Shown here piece by piece: positions 54,361 through 63,710 of a stretch of DNA of 64,000 nucleotides. The DNA is from a virus. Position 1 is the first letter of the stretch; every line of letters starts with the position of its first letter. The DNA is taken from IMG/VR virus record IMGVR_UViG_3300041955_000531. One strand, 5' to 3'. The notes beneath the pieces are model-generated. The model worked only from the letters and a program-made list of their open reading frames with translations, ran no database searches and was not told where the DNA came from. Both the position numbers and the translations under genes were made by a program.

Positions 54361-55152
54361 TTATTCAACCTGTGGGACGGCGTCGCTCACAGCAACAACG
54401 TGAGACTTCTCGCCTTCAATATACTCCACAGGCTTTTGTAACTTGTCTTGGACAGCTTCCCAGACCATCTGGAAGACCTGTCCCGGAGTCTGTTCGGGAT
54501 AGACAGTGATCACGATCGTGCGATCCTGACCTACTAGTCTTTCCAGATACTCCTGCTGGATTCGAATCTGGTCTTGGGTGTGAGCCCAGGCCTTTCCAGC
54601 TTGTTTGTTGTTGTCGCCGCGCCGTTGACGCGCGCGGTCGAGAAAAGCATCCACATCTGATGCTACGAACAGCACGGTGATGTCTGGCAGTGGTCCGTAG
54701 AACTCCTGGAAAGCATCCAGTATAACACCTGGCGTCTTCTTTATGGGTGCGTAGGCCCACTCGGAGTCGGAGTAACGGTCGGACAATACCACCAAGCCTT
54801 TTTCAAGGGCCGGCTCAACCACCTTTGCCACATGCTGAATGTGATCGGCGAGGAAGAGACAGTCAGCCACTCCACGGGCCATGTTGTGTGTCGTGACCGT
54901 GTGGAACAAGATTTGGCGTATCGCAGAGCCCAAGTCAGTTGGGTCGACTGGGCTGCCAGGTTCCTTTGTAACCACAACCCCATAACCTTCCTCCCTCATG
55001 CGGGCAGCAAGCATCTCCAACTGCGTGGACTTACCCGTTCCATCTACTCCCTCGAAGGTTATGAGACGTCCCTTCCGTACTGGCTTATGAAGCTCTGGGT
55101 AAAGAGGATCTCCAAAAATCCGCTTATAGTTTTCTTTCGTCTCTTCCGACAT
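54361..55152 (-). CDS. tmk: Thymidylate kinase
   Basis: ITFEGVDGTGKSTQ, KEPG, LSDRY and PDIT motifs. Confidence 0.95.
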   Translation of the reverse strand: MSEETKENYKRIFGDPLYPELHKPVRKGRLITFEGVDGTGKSTQLEMLAARMREEGYGVVVTKEPGSPVDPTDLGSAIRQILFHTVTTHNMARGVADCLFLADHIQHVAKVVEPALEKGLVVLSDRYSDSEWAYAPIKKTPGVILDAFQEFYGPLPDITVLFVASDVDAFLDRARQRRGDNNKQAGKAWAHTQDQIRIQQEYLERLVGQDRTIVITVYPEQTPGQVFQMVWEAVQDKLQKPVEYIEGEKSHVVAVSDAVPQVE

Positions 55153-55672
55153 TTATGCTCCTCATCCATTCTGCCACTTTCATTACTTCTTCAGGGGTGG
55201 CATCGTTCTTGATTACATTAGCCCGCTGGCTAATAACTTGAATATTTCCTGGGACATAACCCTTATTAGGAACAATCCTATCAAGAGTTGGACTCGACGC
55301 AATAGAACCTGGCTTCCCAACCCCTTTCTTCAATACTATTCCAAGAATAGGACAGACCAAAGGTATTTTGGGGACGTCGGCGGGCTTAATAGAAAAAGGT
55401 AAGTGCTTCTTTATTGCCCTCTTCCTCGCCCCATTCCATAAAGCATACTCTGGGGTGTTGAAAAGACCATGCTTCAAACCACTATGCCCTTTCTTATAAC
55501 ACCCGCAACTTTTGCTTCTTCCGTTCTCAAGGTTGGAACCAATAACGTTTACTACCTTGCCACATTTACATTCACATTGCCAACGAGTAGCACCCCATCT
55601 GGCGTTCTCAACCTGCTTGATAACCTTGAGCCAAGTGAATGTCTTTCCAACAAGATCCAGTATCTTTCCCAT
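55124..55672 (-). CDS. HNH homing endonuclease
   Basis: DLVGKTF..L.V...W.C.C.CG...SCGC; SPTLDRIVPNKGYVPGNIQVISQRANVIK. Confidence 0.9.
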   Translation of the reverse strand: MGKILDLVGKTFTWLKVIKQVENARWGATRWQCECKCGKVVNVIGSNLENGRSKSCGCYKKGHSGLKHGLFNTPEYALWNGARKRAIKKHLPFSIKPADVPKIPLVCPILGIVLKKGVGKPGSIASSPTLDRIVPNKGYVPGNIQVISQRANVIKNDATPEEVMKVAEWMRSINVGRDERKL

Positions 55673-55710
55673 ACTTCACCTCAGTTGAGTAGATTTACAA
55701 GCCTACTCTT

Positions 55711-55723
55711 CTGGTTAGTATAG
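55711..55723 (-). promoter_or_regulatory. Conserved phage promoter motif TATACTAACCAG
   Basis: One-mismatch copy upstream of the HNH gene. Confidence 0.65.
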
Positions 55724-55762
55724 TAAATCAACGCCTTCGAACGTGATGAAATGTCCTTTCAT
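55715..55762 (-). pseudogene. Orphan N-terminal stub of the original tmk
   Basis: RBS GGAG then MKGHFITFEGVD-LLY*. Confidence 0.9.
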
Positions 55763-55801
55763 TCTAATCTCCTGACATGTTGTATGTAAATCAGTTTACC
55801 C

Positions 55802-56278
55802 TTACCGCCCTGTCGAGCCAAAGCCTTGTGCACCCCGAGAACTCTCACCCAAAGTGGTAGCTTCTTGAACAGTGCCGGGAAACACCGGAACCAATACCAG
55901 TTGAGCAATCTTGTCTCCATGGTTGTAAATGACCGTGGGATCCGAGACCGAGTAGTTTGGCCCAAGGCAACCTCCTGAGCCATGATACTCTACCGGCTCG
56001 TTCGAGTTGTACAACAGGACAGTGATTTCACCCCGGTAACCACTGTCAACCACGCCTCCGAAGACATCGATGCCAGCCTTCCCTTGTGAGCTACGAGCTT
56101 TAATGATTGCGCCCCAGCCTTCCGGAAACTCGCAAGCAATGCCTGTCTTGACCGCAACAGTTTGACCGGGCTGTACAGCCACCGTCTCGATGGCGAAAAG
56201 ATCAAACCCGAGATCCCCAGGATGCGCTCTCTGGGGCAGCTTCGCGTCCGCCTGTAGTTTCTTGACATACAGTTCCAT
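55802..56278 (-). CDS. dut: Trimeric dUTPase
   Basis: GFDL, ARSS, GVVDSGYRGEI, KIAQLV and RGAQGFGSTG motifs. Confidence 0.95.
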   Translation of the reverse strand: MELYVKKLQADAKLPQRAHPGDLGFDLFAIETVAVQPGQTVAVKTGIACEFPEGWGAIIKARSSQGKAGIDVFGGVVDSGYRGEITVLLYNSNEPVEYHGSGGCLGPNYSVSDPTVIYNHGDKIAQLVLVPVFPGTVQEATTLGESSRGAQGFGSTGR

Positions 56279-56288
56279 GATTCTCTCC

Positions 56289-56462
56289 TTATAGAGGATA
56301 GCTAGAGTGAGTCTTCACAGGCTTCTTCGTGGTGAAACCGCGAGAGGCCTTGCTAGTAGTCACTTGCTTGGCTCGAATGAGTTCCTTTCCAGGGCTCTTT
56401 GAGCTGCCGGCGATGTTGAACTTCTTCTTCTTCGCCTTCTTCTTATCTTCTGCTTCCATCAT
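56289..56462 (-). CDS. Small basic protein
   Basis: MMEAEDKKKAKKKKF... after RBS AAGGAG. Confidence 0.5.
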   Translation of the reverse strand: MMEAEDKKKAKKKKFNIAGSSKSPGKELIRAKQVTTSKASRGFTTKKPVKTHSSYPL

Positions 56463-56463
56463 A

Positions 56464-57561
56464 TTACTCCTTAGGTGGGCTCGCGAACACTTTCTCGCGC
56501 GCGAACTCATAGTTCTTTTGAACACGTTCCTTCTCAGAGTCAGGAAGGTGTTGACCTTCCTTCACTCCCATTAATAGAGACGCCCACGTATTGGCTGCCT
56601 CATGAAATCGTCCAGTGAAGAAAGCAGCCAAGGCATATTCATCCCTGTTCCGCCACTCATAGTAACTTCGATCTACGAAGAGCTTGTCATCAGGGAGAGG
56701 AATCTGGCATGCCTTCTCAGCCGCCATGTATGCCAGGTGATACATCTTCCTCTCCCGACAGTATCGTGCGAGAGCACCCAAGGACTCAGACCTATTTGGA
56801 TTGTTATCATAAGCATGCAGGAAATCTGCAATGATTATGTTCCAAGTGTCCCCTCTCTTCATCTCCAGAACCGCGACCTGAAACAAAGAATACCATACTT
56901 CTTCGTACCAACCACCCATAGCAGCTCTCTTCAAATAGAGCTCTATAGCTTTGCTATAGGAACCCGCGTCCCTATAGCTCTGAGCTAAGTAGAATATATT
57001 GCGGGCATTATCCGGATCTTTCTTCAGCTCCGCCTCGAGAATCTCGGCGTCCTTAAGAAAATACTCCGTCGTTTTTACCCGCCCAGACTCCTGGACAACA
57101 ACAGGCAACGTCTCCATCTTAGGCTTATCAGGCTCAGGCGTAAGATACTCATGCGTGGCTCCCACATGATGCCAGTTGTACTTGGGTGGCAGAAGGAAAG
57201 GCTTCTTAAACTCTGTGGATCCCTGCTTATGAATAGCCCAATAGGCTACATCAGGATCGAGCTTCAAGGCGAGCTTGCTCTGTGGAACGATAACCTGATC
57301 ACCGTCCAAAAGCAACAGGAAGTCTGGCTTGCTCACTCGACCGAGTTCAATAAGCTCATTCCGATTCGCTGTCCAGCCGACCCACGGTCGATCAATAAGA
57401 TTACCAGGGATATCAGCCATCTCTTCTAGGACGATGTCCTTGGTGTTGTCTGTAGACCCAGTGTCTATGACTAACCAGCGTTGTATGAAGGGCTTAGCTG
57501 ACTTCAAAGCCTCACGGATCCTCTCGGATTCGTTCTTGACCATCATACACAGACAGATCAT
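56464..57561 (-). CDS. GT2 glycosyltransferase with TPR repeats
   Basis: CLCMMVKNE, DTGSTD, LLDGD, THEY, then FYLAQSYRD TPR helices. Confidence 0.9.
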   Translation of the reverse strand: MICLCMMVKNESERIREALKSAKPFIQRWLVIDTGSTDNTKDIVLEEMADIPGNLIDRPWVGWTANRNELIELGRVSKPDFLLLLDGDQVIVPQSKLALKLDPDVAYWAIHKQGSTEFKKPFLLPPKYNWHHVGATHEYLTPEPDKPKMETLPVVVQESGRVKTTEYFLKDAEILEAELKKDPDNARNIFYLAQSYRDAGSYSKAIELYLKRAAMGGWYEEVWYSLFQVAVLEMKRGDTWNIIIADFLHAYDNNPNRSESLGALARYCRERKMYHLAYMAAEKACQIPLPDDKLFVDRSYYEWRNRDEYALAAFFTGRFHEAANTWASLLMGVKEGQHLPDSEKERVQKNYEFAREKVFASPPKE

Positions 57562-58013
57562 TCTGACCCCTTGGTACCATACTCATCCAACCACTTCTTC
57601 CAACACTCCGGCCGATGGAAGTAATCGTAGACGTTATAGATATTCCACAAAGGGTTCCAGGTAATGTTCTGCCACGGCCATACAATCTTGTGGCAGTAAT
57701 GACAGATGTGAGGAGGTTCCACTTTCTTAGCCCGCGGCTTCCTCTTCTTCTTTGGCTTAGGCGCCGGCTTAGGCTTGGGCTTAGGCATAGGCAGATACGG
57801 AACCTTCTTCTTTGCCTCTTTCTCTTCCATCTCATCGAGGAACTTCTTATACTGATCCACCAAGTCTTTGTCAGGCTTGTATGGAATGGTAGGAGGAATG
57901 GCCGGGAACTTAGGGGACTTAGGACTGGGAGCTGGAGTAAAGGGTACGTCATCATAAGTCTCCCAATACTTCTGCTGCCAGGTCTTCCCTTCATAATGTT
58001 GCCAGTCAGTCAT
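57558..58013 (-). CDS. Pro/Lys-rich hypothetical protein with zinc finger
   Basis: CHYC...HRPEC. Confidence 0.55.
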   Translation of the reverse strand: MTDWQHYEGKTWQQKYWETYDDVPFTPAPSPKSPKFPAIPPTIPYKPDKDLVDQYKKFLDEMEEKEAKKKVPYLPMPKPKPKPAPKPKKKRKPRAKKVEPPHICHYCHKIVWPWQNITWNPLWNIYNVYDYFHRPECWKKWLDEYGTKGSE

Positions 58014-58663
58014 CAGACATCTCTCTCGACGTCGAGTACGTGTCCTTGATCTCCAACCTCGGCGATCTTTGTCGTGGCTTGGTCCAACAGAGTTGGATCC
58101 ATCGGTATCTCTTCCATTCCAGGAATGCCAGGCTTGTCAGGCATAATATTCAGGTCACTGTCTTCCTTGACTTGCGTCACGCCGTCAGACAAGACCTTCG
58201 TCACTTCCGTGACTGTCCACTCGACTCCGTCGACCAGGACCACATCACCAACGATATACTCTTTGTTGGATGTGATGGTCGACTTCATGCCGTTCTCTTC
58301 GTTCTCGAGCACATAAGCTGGGACGCCAGAGACCCCAGCAGGAGCCTTCTGAACGTTCTGCATACCGATACCACCCAAGCCTTGATGCCAGGGCTTAAGA
58401 GCGGCAGCAGCTTTCACCAGCGTAATACCATCCACCGCGGCGCCCAAATGCTGTTGGGAGCAGGCCGCCAGGAGCTTGCATGCGTGCATTGGATACATGA
58501 CACAGACACTAGTCGCATTCGGCTCGTAATCTATGTCATCAGGATCCGGACCAGGCTTGGTAAAACTAATCATCACTGGAAACTGCCCAGGCAGCGAAGT
58601 GACAATCTTATACTTCTTGCACGCAGCATTCCAAGCAGCAATGTTTGAAATGAGCAATACCAT
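58013..58663 (-). CDS. Hypothetical protein
   Basis: 216-aa coupled ORF. Confidence 0.55.
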   Translation of the reverse strand: MVLLISNIAAWNAACKKYKIVTSLPGQFPVMISFTKPGPDPDDIDYEPNATSVCVMYPMHACKLLAACSQQHLGAAVDGITLVKAAAALKPWHQGLGGIGMQNVQKAPAGVSGVPAYVLENEENGMKSTITSNKEYIVGDVVLVDGVEWTVTEVTKVLSDGVTQVKEDSDLNIMPDKPGIPGMEEIPMDPTLLDQATTKIAEVGDQGHVLDVERDV

Positions 58664-58978
58664 TTAGACCTCTCTCGATTCTACTATATCAGGCACAGGT
58701 TCCGAAATCATCTCGAGCTTCACTTCCACTTCCTGAGTGCTCAGGCCTAAGGCCGTGAGCAAAGCATCCTTGGATACAAACGTATGATTGACAAGCCACT
58801 CTCTTTCATGATAGCAAGTGACATTGTCAATCAAAGTAATAGCCAAGCCAGGAAATGTAGGTTGATCAGGGTGGGTACGTTGATTGATCTTCCAGCCCTC
58901 AGGGACTGCATCAACGATCCACTTCTTGTACCTCTCGAAGCTCTCTTTACTGCTACATCCGCCATGTACGAAGATCAT
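58664..58978 (-). CDS. Hypothetical protein
   Basis: 104-aa ORF. Confidence 0.55.
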   Translation of the reverse strand: MIFVHGGCSSKESFERYKKWIVDAVPEGWKINQRTHPDQPTFPGLAITLIDNVTCYHEREWLVNHTFVSKDALLTALGLSTQEVEVKLEMISEPVPDIVESREV

Positions 58979-59023
58979 AAATAGTAGGAGCCCAGGCTCG
59001 ATTCTTCCTGGGCCCCTTTCCTA

Positions 59024-61003
59024 TTAGACGTCTCTATCCGAGATCGTCCCGTCTTCGTAGCCCGACTTGATCGAGCTCATGATCTCACCCTTCTTCTGCG
59101 CACGTTCACGCCAATCTTCTGGACAGTAGCCCAGATGGTTCACGAACAGAAGCGACAGGTCGATCATCTTTTCCACTTCACGTGTAGATGGCAGCACATC
59201 ATGGAAGGCCTGATTCCAATCGGCGAGGCCGACGGCCCCACGATTGTCGAAGCATGCGTTGTCGATGGCCTCTTTCAGGACCACCTCCATCTCAGCTCCA
59301 GTCCATATCCGTTGATCATGCAGCATCTTTCCAATACCATCCTCATGAGACTCCAGAGTCTTCTGAAGCTCGGGGGCAAACTTGAATCCTTGTTTCTTCG
59401 TCAAGGCTTTTAAGATCTCCAGCCGCCCTTTGGCATCGCCAGCTGCAGGTGGCAGCGCGGGCAGAATGGCATCGAAACGACCAGAACGAATCAAGGCGGA
59501 GTCCAATAGATCCGGACGGTTCGTGGCGCCAACAACGACGATACGCCCCGAGCGGGATTCATCAGACAACCAAGTCATAATGCTATTAAATACGCGCGAT
59601 GACGTCCCAGAATCTCCCACGCTCGTTCGTCCAGCGGAGAGAACCGATTCCAGTTCATCAATAAATACGATGACAGGAGCCGCACTGTCAGCGGCTTCGA
59701 TGAACTTCTGAGTATTACTTTCCGTCTCGCCAACGAGACCTCCGAACAATCGCGCGAGGTGCGCGATCATGAAGTTTACACCAGCTTCCTTCGCCATAGC
59801 CAGAGTGATGGCTGTCTTTCCAGTGCCCGGAGGCCCGGTAAGCAGTACCCCTCGACTACATATTCGTTTGTCACCCTTCTTAAGCGGAGCGATAATCTTC
59901 CGCTGAAAGTAGCGCTTGAGATGTTCGTGTCCGCCAACCTTATCAAACCCGTGTTCGGGTTCGCGGAAGTCCACCAGACCACCATACTCTTCCTCCAATG
60001 CCTTGGTCTTCAAAGCCCTGACCAATGGGAAGTCAATGGGTTCATGATCCAACTGGGCACGCATGAAGATGTTTTCCATCTGCTTGCGCGAAAGCCCTGC
60101 CGATTGAATAGCAAACGTATGGGCATCAAACCCAGGTGCGTATTCAATACAGGTCACTTCCTTGCCGCCTAGCTTCTGAGGAGATCCCTTCTGAGCACGC
60201 TCTTTCAGGCTAGCATCAAAGTTCGTCAGCCACTCTTCACGGTCTTTCAAGATGGGCTTGGGAATCAGGATAGCCCTGACACCAGACTCTCCGCCGCGGA
60301 TACTCTCATGGATATCAGAGAGGTGGCGGGTAACTATGATGACGCGATTCTTGTTGCCAAGCGCCTCATCTCGAGCCCAACTTCGAATGTTCACGATAGC
60401 TCCGCGATCGCTTGCCAGTGTAGACATCTGACCAGACGGGAAGACGGCGTCGCCATCAAAGAACACGATCGTAAACAAGGGATCAGGGAGCTTGCTCCCC
60501 TTCTTGGTGGCATCAACCTTCTGATTGTGTTGATGCAATCTCTTGGAAGCAGTGAACCAGATGTTCAAGGTGTTCAAAGCCATGTCAAAGTTCGATGGCT
60601 TTTCCAGATCCTTGATCTGATCATCAAGGGCTGCATCGGCTGTGCCGGGCATCAGGTCCTTGATGTACTGCTTCATGACTTGGCGCCAGAGATTGTTGCT
60701 CTCTGGGCTAGCAAACTCAAGGCCATTGGACATCGTATAATACGCCAGAATACGAGCCACCTTGTTCACTTCCTTCTTCTGCTCGTCGTCCTTACACTCC
60801 AGCATCATCGTGGGAGTGTCACAAGACAGAGCAAGGGCCCTGCGCAAATCACCGCGCCGCCCAGAGTTATTCGGGAAGTCATTCACGTTTCCATGGAAAA
60901 TGAAGACGTGAGATTCCTTCGCGCGATAGCTATCGAAGAAGGTCTGAATAAATGCAGGATGTTCAGACGCTCCGTTCGTCGGCTGCGTTGTTGCTTCCGC
61001 CAT
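59024..61003 (-). CDS. AAA+ ATPase (Ycf46-like)
   Basis: GVLLTGPPGTGKT, FIDELE, ATNRPDLLDSALIRSGRFD and TGAE motifs. Confidence 0.9.
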   Translation of the reverse strand: MAEATTQPTNGASEHPAFIQTFFDSYRAKESHVFIFHGNVNDFPNNSGRRGDLRRALALSCDTPTMMLECKDDEQKKEVNKVARILAYYTMSNGLEFASPESNNLWRQVMKQYIKDLMPGTADAALDDQIKDLEKPSNFDMALNTLNIWFTASKRLHQHNQKVDATKKGSKLPDPLFTIVFFDGDAVFPSGQMSTLASDRGAIVNIRSWARDEALGNKNRVIIVTRHLSDIHESIRGGESGVRAILIPKPILKDREEWLTNFDASLKERAQKGSPQKLGGKEVTCIEYAPGFDAHTFAIQSAGLSRKQMENIFMRAQLDHEPIDFPLVRALKTKALEEEYGGLVDFREPEHGFDKVGGHEHLKRYFQRKIIAPLKKGDKRICSRGVLLTGPPGTGKTAITLAMAKEAGVNFMIAHLARLFGGLVGETESNTQKFIEAADSAAPVIVFIDELESVLSAGRTSVGDSGTSSRVFNSIMTWLSDESRSGRIVVVGATNRPDLLDSALIRSGRFDAILPALPPAAGDAKGRLEILKALTKKQGFKFAPELQKTLESHEDGIGKMLHDQRIWTGAEMEVVLKEAIDNACFDNRGAVGLADWNQAFHDVLPSTREVEKMIDLSLLFVNHLGYCPEDWRERAQKKGEIMSSIKSGYEDGTISDRDV

Positions 61004-61250
61004 TATTCACCTCAACTGTCACAGAGTATATATCAGCAGGCCCACAGGACCACGGGACTTCGCTAAGCAAGTTCTCATGGCGCAGGTAGGCTGAAATGTA
61101 GTTCGAGATCGCCTGTTGGAACTGAATCTTATCAGTTAAGTCCAGACCTTTTACGGACTGGTCCCACCAGGGATCTTCCATTGCGCGGTCAGTGTCTAAC
61201 TTGACACGACCGACGATCGTAAATGAAACATCTACGATTGGAACGTTCAT
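60963..61250 (-). CDS. Hypothetical protein
   Basis: 95-aa ORF. Confidence 0.55.
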   Translation of the reverse strand: MNVPIVDVSFTIVGRVKLDTDRAMEDPWWDQSVKGLDLTDKIQFQQAISNYISAYLRHENLLSEVPWSCGPADIYSVTVEVNNGGSNNAADERSV

Positions 61251-61582
61251 GTTAGGTTCTTATTCAGCCACTCGACTTCTCGTCTGAGGGCTGCCTCCCT
61301 TAGGATCGTGGCGCCAGGCAGAATAGGACCACCTACAGGAGTAAGATTCACTCTCCATAGTACATCCCAGCTCCTGGTCCAGTCTGATACTCGCCCTTGA
61401 TCCCCGAAAATCCATCTCAGTAGGTGGAAGCTCATACGATAACCTCTCGTATAAGGTTCCACATGGCTGGCTCTCCGAGTCTTTACAGATCCCATTTCCC
61501 TAAAGCATTTGCATTCAGGGTGATCCAAGCAGACCACCGTCCCGTCATCACGAATGACGACGCTAACTTCTTGGTTGGACAT
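61247..61582 (-). CDS. Hypothetical protein of the AAA module
   Basis: I..DGTV...RASHVEP...GPIL...RE.AL..EV.WL. Confidence 0.6.
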   Translation of the reverse strand: MSNQEVSVVIRDDGTVVCLDHPECKCFREMGSVKTRRASHVEPYTRGYRMSFHLLRWIFGDQGRVSDWTRSWDVLWRVNLTPVGGPILPGATILREAALRREVEWLNKNLT

Positions 61583-61763
61583 GGCTTCGGATCTTAGGAG
61601 CCCGAGATAGCAAAAGATTGCTCAGGTAATCGATCGCAATCTCGACTTCCTTCTCATCAAGCATATCAATCATGCGGTCCAGCTCTTCTTTGCCTGTGCC
61701 GCGGCGACTGAATACAGAAACGGTCTCCATAAATCCACGAGCTGGATCCACTACGCTATTCAT
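61563..61763 (-). CDS. Hypothetical protein
   Basis: 66 aa; RBS GAGG. Confidence 0.5.
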   Translation of the reverse strand: MNSVVDPARGFMETVSVFSRRGTGKEELDRMIDMLDEKEVEIAIDYLSNLLLSRAPKIRSHVQPRS

Positions 61764-61784
61764 GTCCCACCTCTTTGACGGGAC

Positions 61785-61973
61785 TTATCGTCCCGTCTTA
61801 ATGACGTTCTGATTCGGCTGCTTGTAATACTCGGGCTTCTTGACGTCCTTGGTCACCTTGCCGATCTTCTTGAAAGCATCAGCAACGTGTTTACAGGTCC
61901 CATCAATAGCTCCGATGATGTCGACGGATACATTCCCATCTTCATCGATGTCGACGTTGATAGTCTTAGCCAC
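61785..61973 (-). CDS. DUF2997 family protein
   Basis: I.IDEDGNV.V...G..G.C.....KPEYY. Confidence 0.75.
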   Translation of the reverse strand: MAKTINVDIDEDGNVSVDIIGAIDGTCKHVADAFKKIGKVTKDVKKPEYYKQPNQNVIKTGR

Positions 61974-62490
61974 GGCGCTCCTCCAGTTGGGGATTCAAAA
62001 TGCGGTCCAATATCTCCACACTGTCATCCAGCGTGGGCACTCTCCAGCCAGCGATCTCTCGGATCATCGGATAGTCATGCAGGTTATCCTTCGGCTCCAT
62101 AACAATGACGCAGGGCTTGCGATAAGCATCTGCCCAACCAACCTCAATACAGGTCCCGATCGATACTCTTTCGGCGCCTAGGAAGTTGAACAGGACAGCA
62201 TCTGAAGTCATGACGTCAAAGCGATCGCGATGAGTAATCCCGCGGTCGGATGACAGACAAGACAACGGCTGATCTTTCGTCTGGTAAGACTGCTCGAGCT
62301 TACCATACTCCTTGAGGTAAGCTTTGGCTCTCAGTGGAGAGTAACCCAGGATACCTCGATTCATCAGCTCTCTGCTTATTCGAATCCTCCAGTCCTGGCC
62401 TTCATCATACGTCAAGCCAGAGATAGGTCCGGCTAAGTAGACCTTTGGAAGGCTCTTAGCAAACGGATAGGTAGTAGCTGGTAGACTCAT
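61966..62490 (-). CDS. Nucleoside 2-deoxyribosyltransferase-like protein
   Basis: VYLAGPI, RD..DV..SDAVL and SIGTCIEVGWA motifs. Confidence 0.85.
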   Translation of the reverse strand: MSLPATTYPFAKSLPKVYLAGPISGLTYDEGQDWRIRISRELMNRGILGYSPLRAKAYLKEYGKLEQSYQTKDQPLSCLSSDRGITHRDRFDVMTSDAVLFNFLGAERVSIGTCIEVGWADAYRKPCVIVMEPKDNLHDYPMIREIAGWRVPTLDDSVEILDRILNPQLEERRG

Positions 62491-62909
62491 CGGGTCGTCA
62501 CAAACTGCAGACGCTGCACAGGCTTGCCAGTCTTCTGGTCGGTGACCTGCTTCTTGCCGATGAACTTCAGGCCGTTCTTCTTAGCCTGCTTCATGGCAAC
62601 CTTCTCGGCATACTTCGCCTTGAGCTCTTTCTGCCGCTTCATATTGAAGTTCGTGCTCTTATCATAGTCACTGATAATAGCAGTGAACGTCCCATCGGCA
62701 TTCTTCTTGAACCCAACGTCATTGCTCGCTCCGCCAACCTGGCGACGCGGAATGATAATCTCGGCTCGCTGTTCGCGCTTGTCGCCGTGATAGCCTTCCA
62801 GCTGCTGAGGCTTCTCACTGACCTGCGGTTGATAGCCCATCTCTTTGAGGGCTTCAACTAAACAGTCTTGATCCGAGAACTGTGTTTCGATCTCGTTATA
62901 TGCACTCAC
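62487..62909 (-). CDS. DUF1257 family protein
   Basis: L..AL..MGY...L.GY.G....AEI.I......NDVGF....DG.F..I.SDYD. Confidence 0.8.
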   Translation of the reverse strand: MSAYNEIETQFSDQDCLVEALKEMGYQPQVSEKPQQLEGYHGDKREQRAEIIIPRRQVGGASNDVGFKKNADGTFTAIISDYDKSTNFNMKRQKELKAKYAEKVAMKQAKKNGLKFIGKKQVTDQKTGKPVQRLQFVTTR

Positions 62910-63038
62910 GTGTGTCTCCTTAGAGTTTATCCAAATACCCAAAGGTATGATCAAAAAACCAATCGGCTCCACGACCTAGCTTTTCGCATAGCCATCGAGC
63001 CCACTTGAAGTTCAAAATGAACGTATCATAGTCTGGGG

Positions 63039-63710
63039 TCATGGTTTCACAGGGGGTTGATACGGCTTGTAATACTTGATGCATGCTTCGTCCATGAACC
63101 ATCCATATGCGGTTCGCGAAATCAGCACTAACTCCGGGCCATTGCCAACGGCCGGCTCAAAAGCGTACTGATCCTTACCTGCATACTTATTCAATAGGCT
63201 ATTCTTGATGCCCTCGTAGTGCTCATCCTTTATAGCATATTGTATAGGATTCTTGCCCAAAGCCAAAAGCATGTCATACACCCGGTACTCGGGAATAGTC
63301 GAGCTTATCGCCATGAAGTTACAGATATTACCATTGATGACGTCCTCCCTCCGGTCAAAGTGTTCGCCGAAGCGTATCAGCTCGGCGTTGACGGAGGACC
63401 CTCGTCCAATGGTCTGGATCGTGTAACGGCTACGGAACCTGTCGGACCGACCAGGTATAATCCTCTTGTACTTCCCGTCCTTATCTAGTTGATGGGTAAG
63501 GATTTCCTCCCAAGGCTTGGGATCAATCCACTTATCCGTCATGAACAAGGCCTGTACCAGATTACCACACTTGGGACAGGTATGTGCATAGACAAGAGGG
63601 AACTCTAACTCTTGCTCGTGGCTCCCCTCATAAGGGATGAACCAAAGCTTGGTACCATCCTTACTTGGTTTGATCACTTGTAGCCTCCGCGACGCTAGCA
63701 GCAAAATCAT
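63039..63710 (-). CDS. Hypothetical protein
   Basis: 223-aa ORF. Confidence 0.55.
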   Translation of the reverse strand: MILLLASRRLQVIKPSKDGTKLWFIPYEGSHEQELEFPLVYAHTCPKCGNLVQALFMTDKWIDPKPWEEILTHQLDKDGKYKRIIPGRSDRFRSRYTIQTIGRGSSVNAELIRFGEHFDRREDVINGNICNFMAISSTIPEYRVYDMLLALGKNPIQYAIKDEHYEGIKNSLLNKYAGKDQYAFEPAVGNGPELVLISRTAYGWFMDEACIKYYKPYQPPVKP

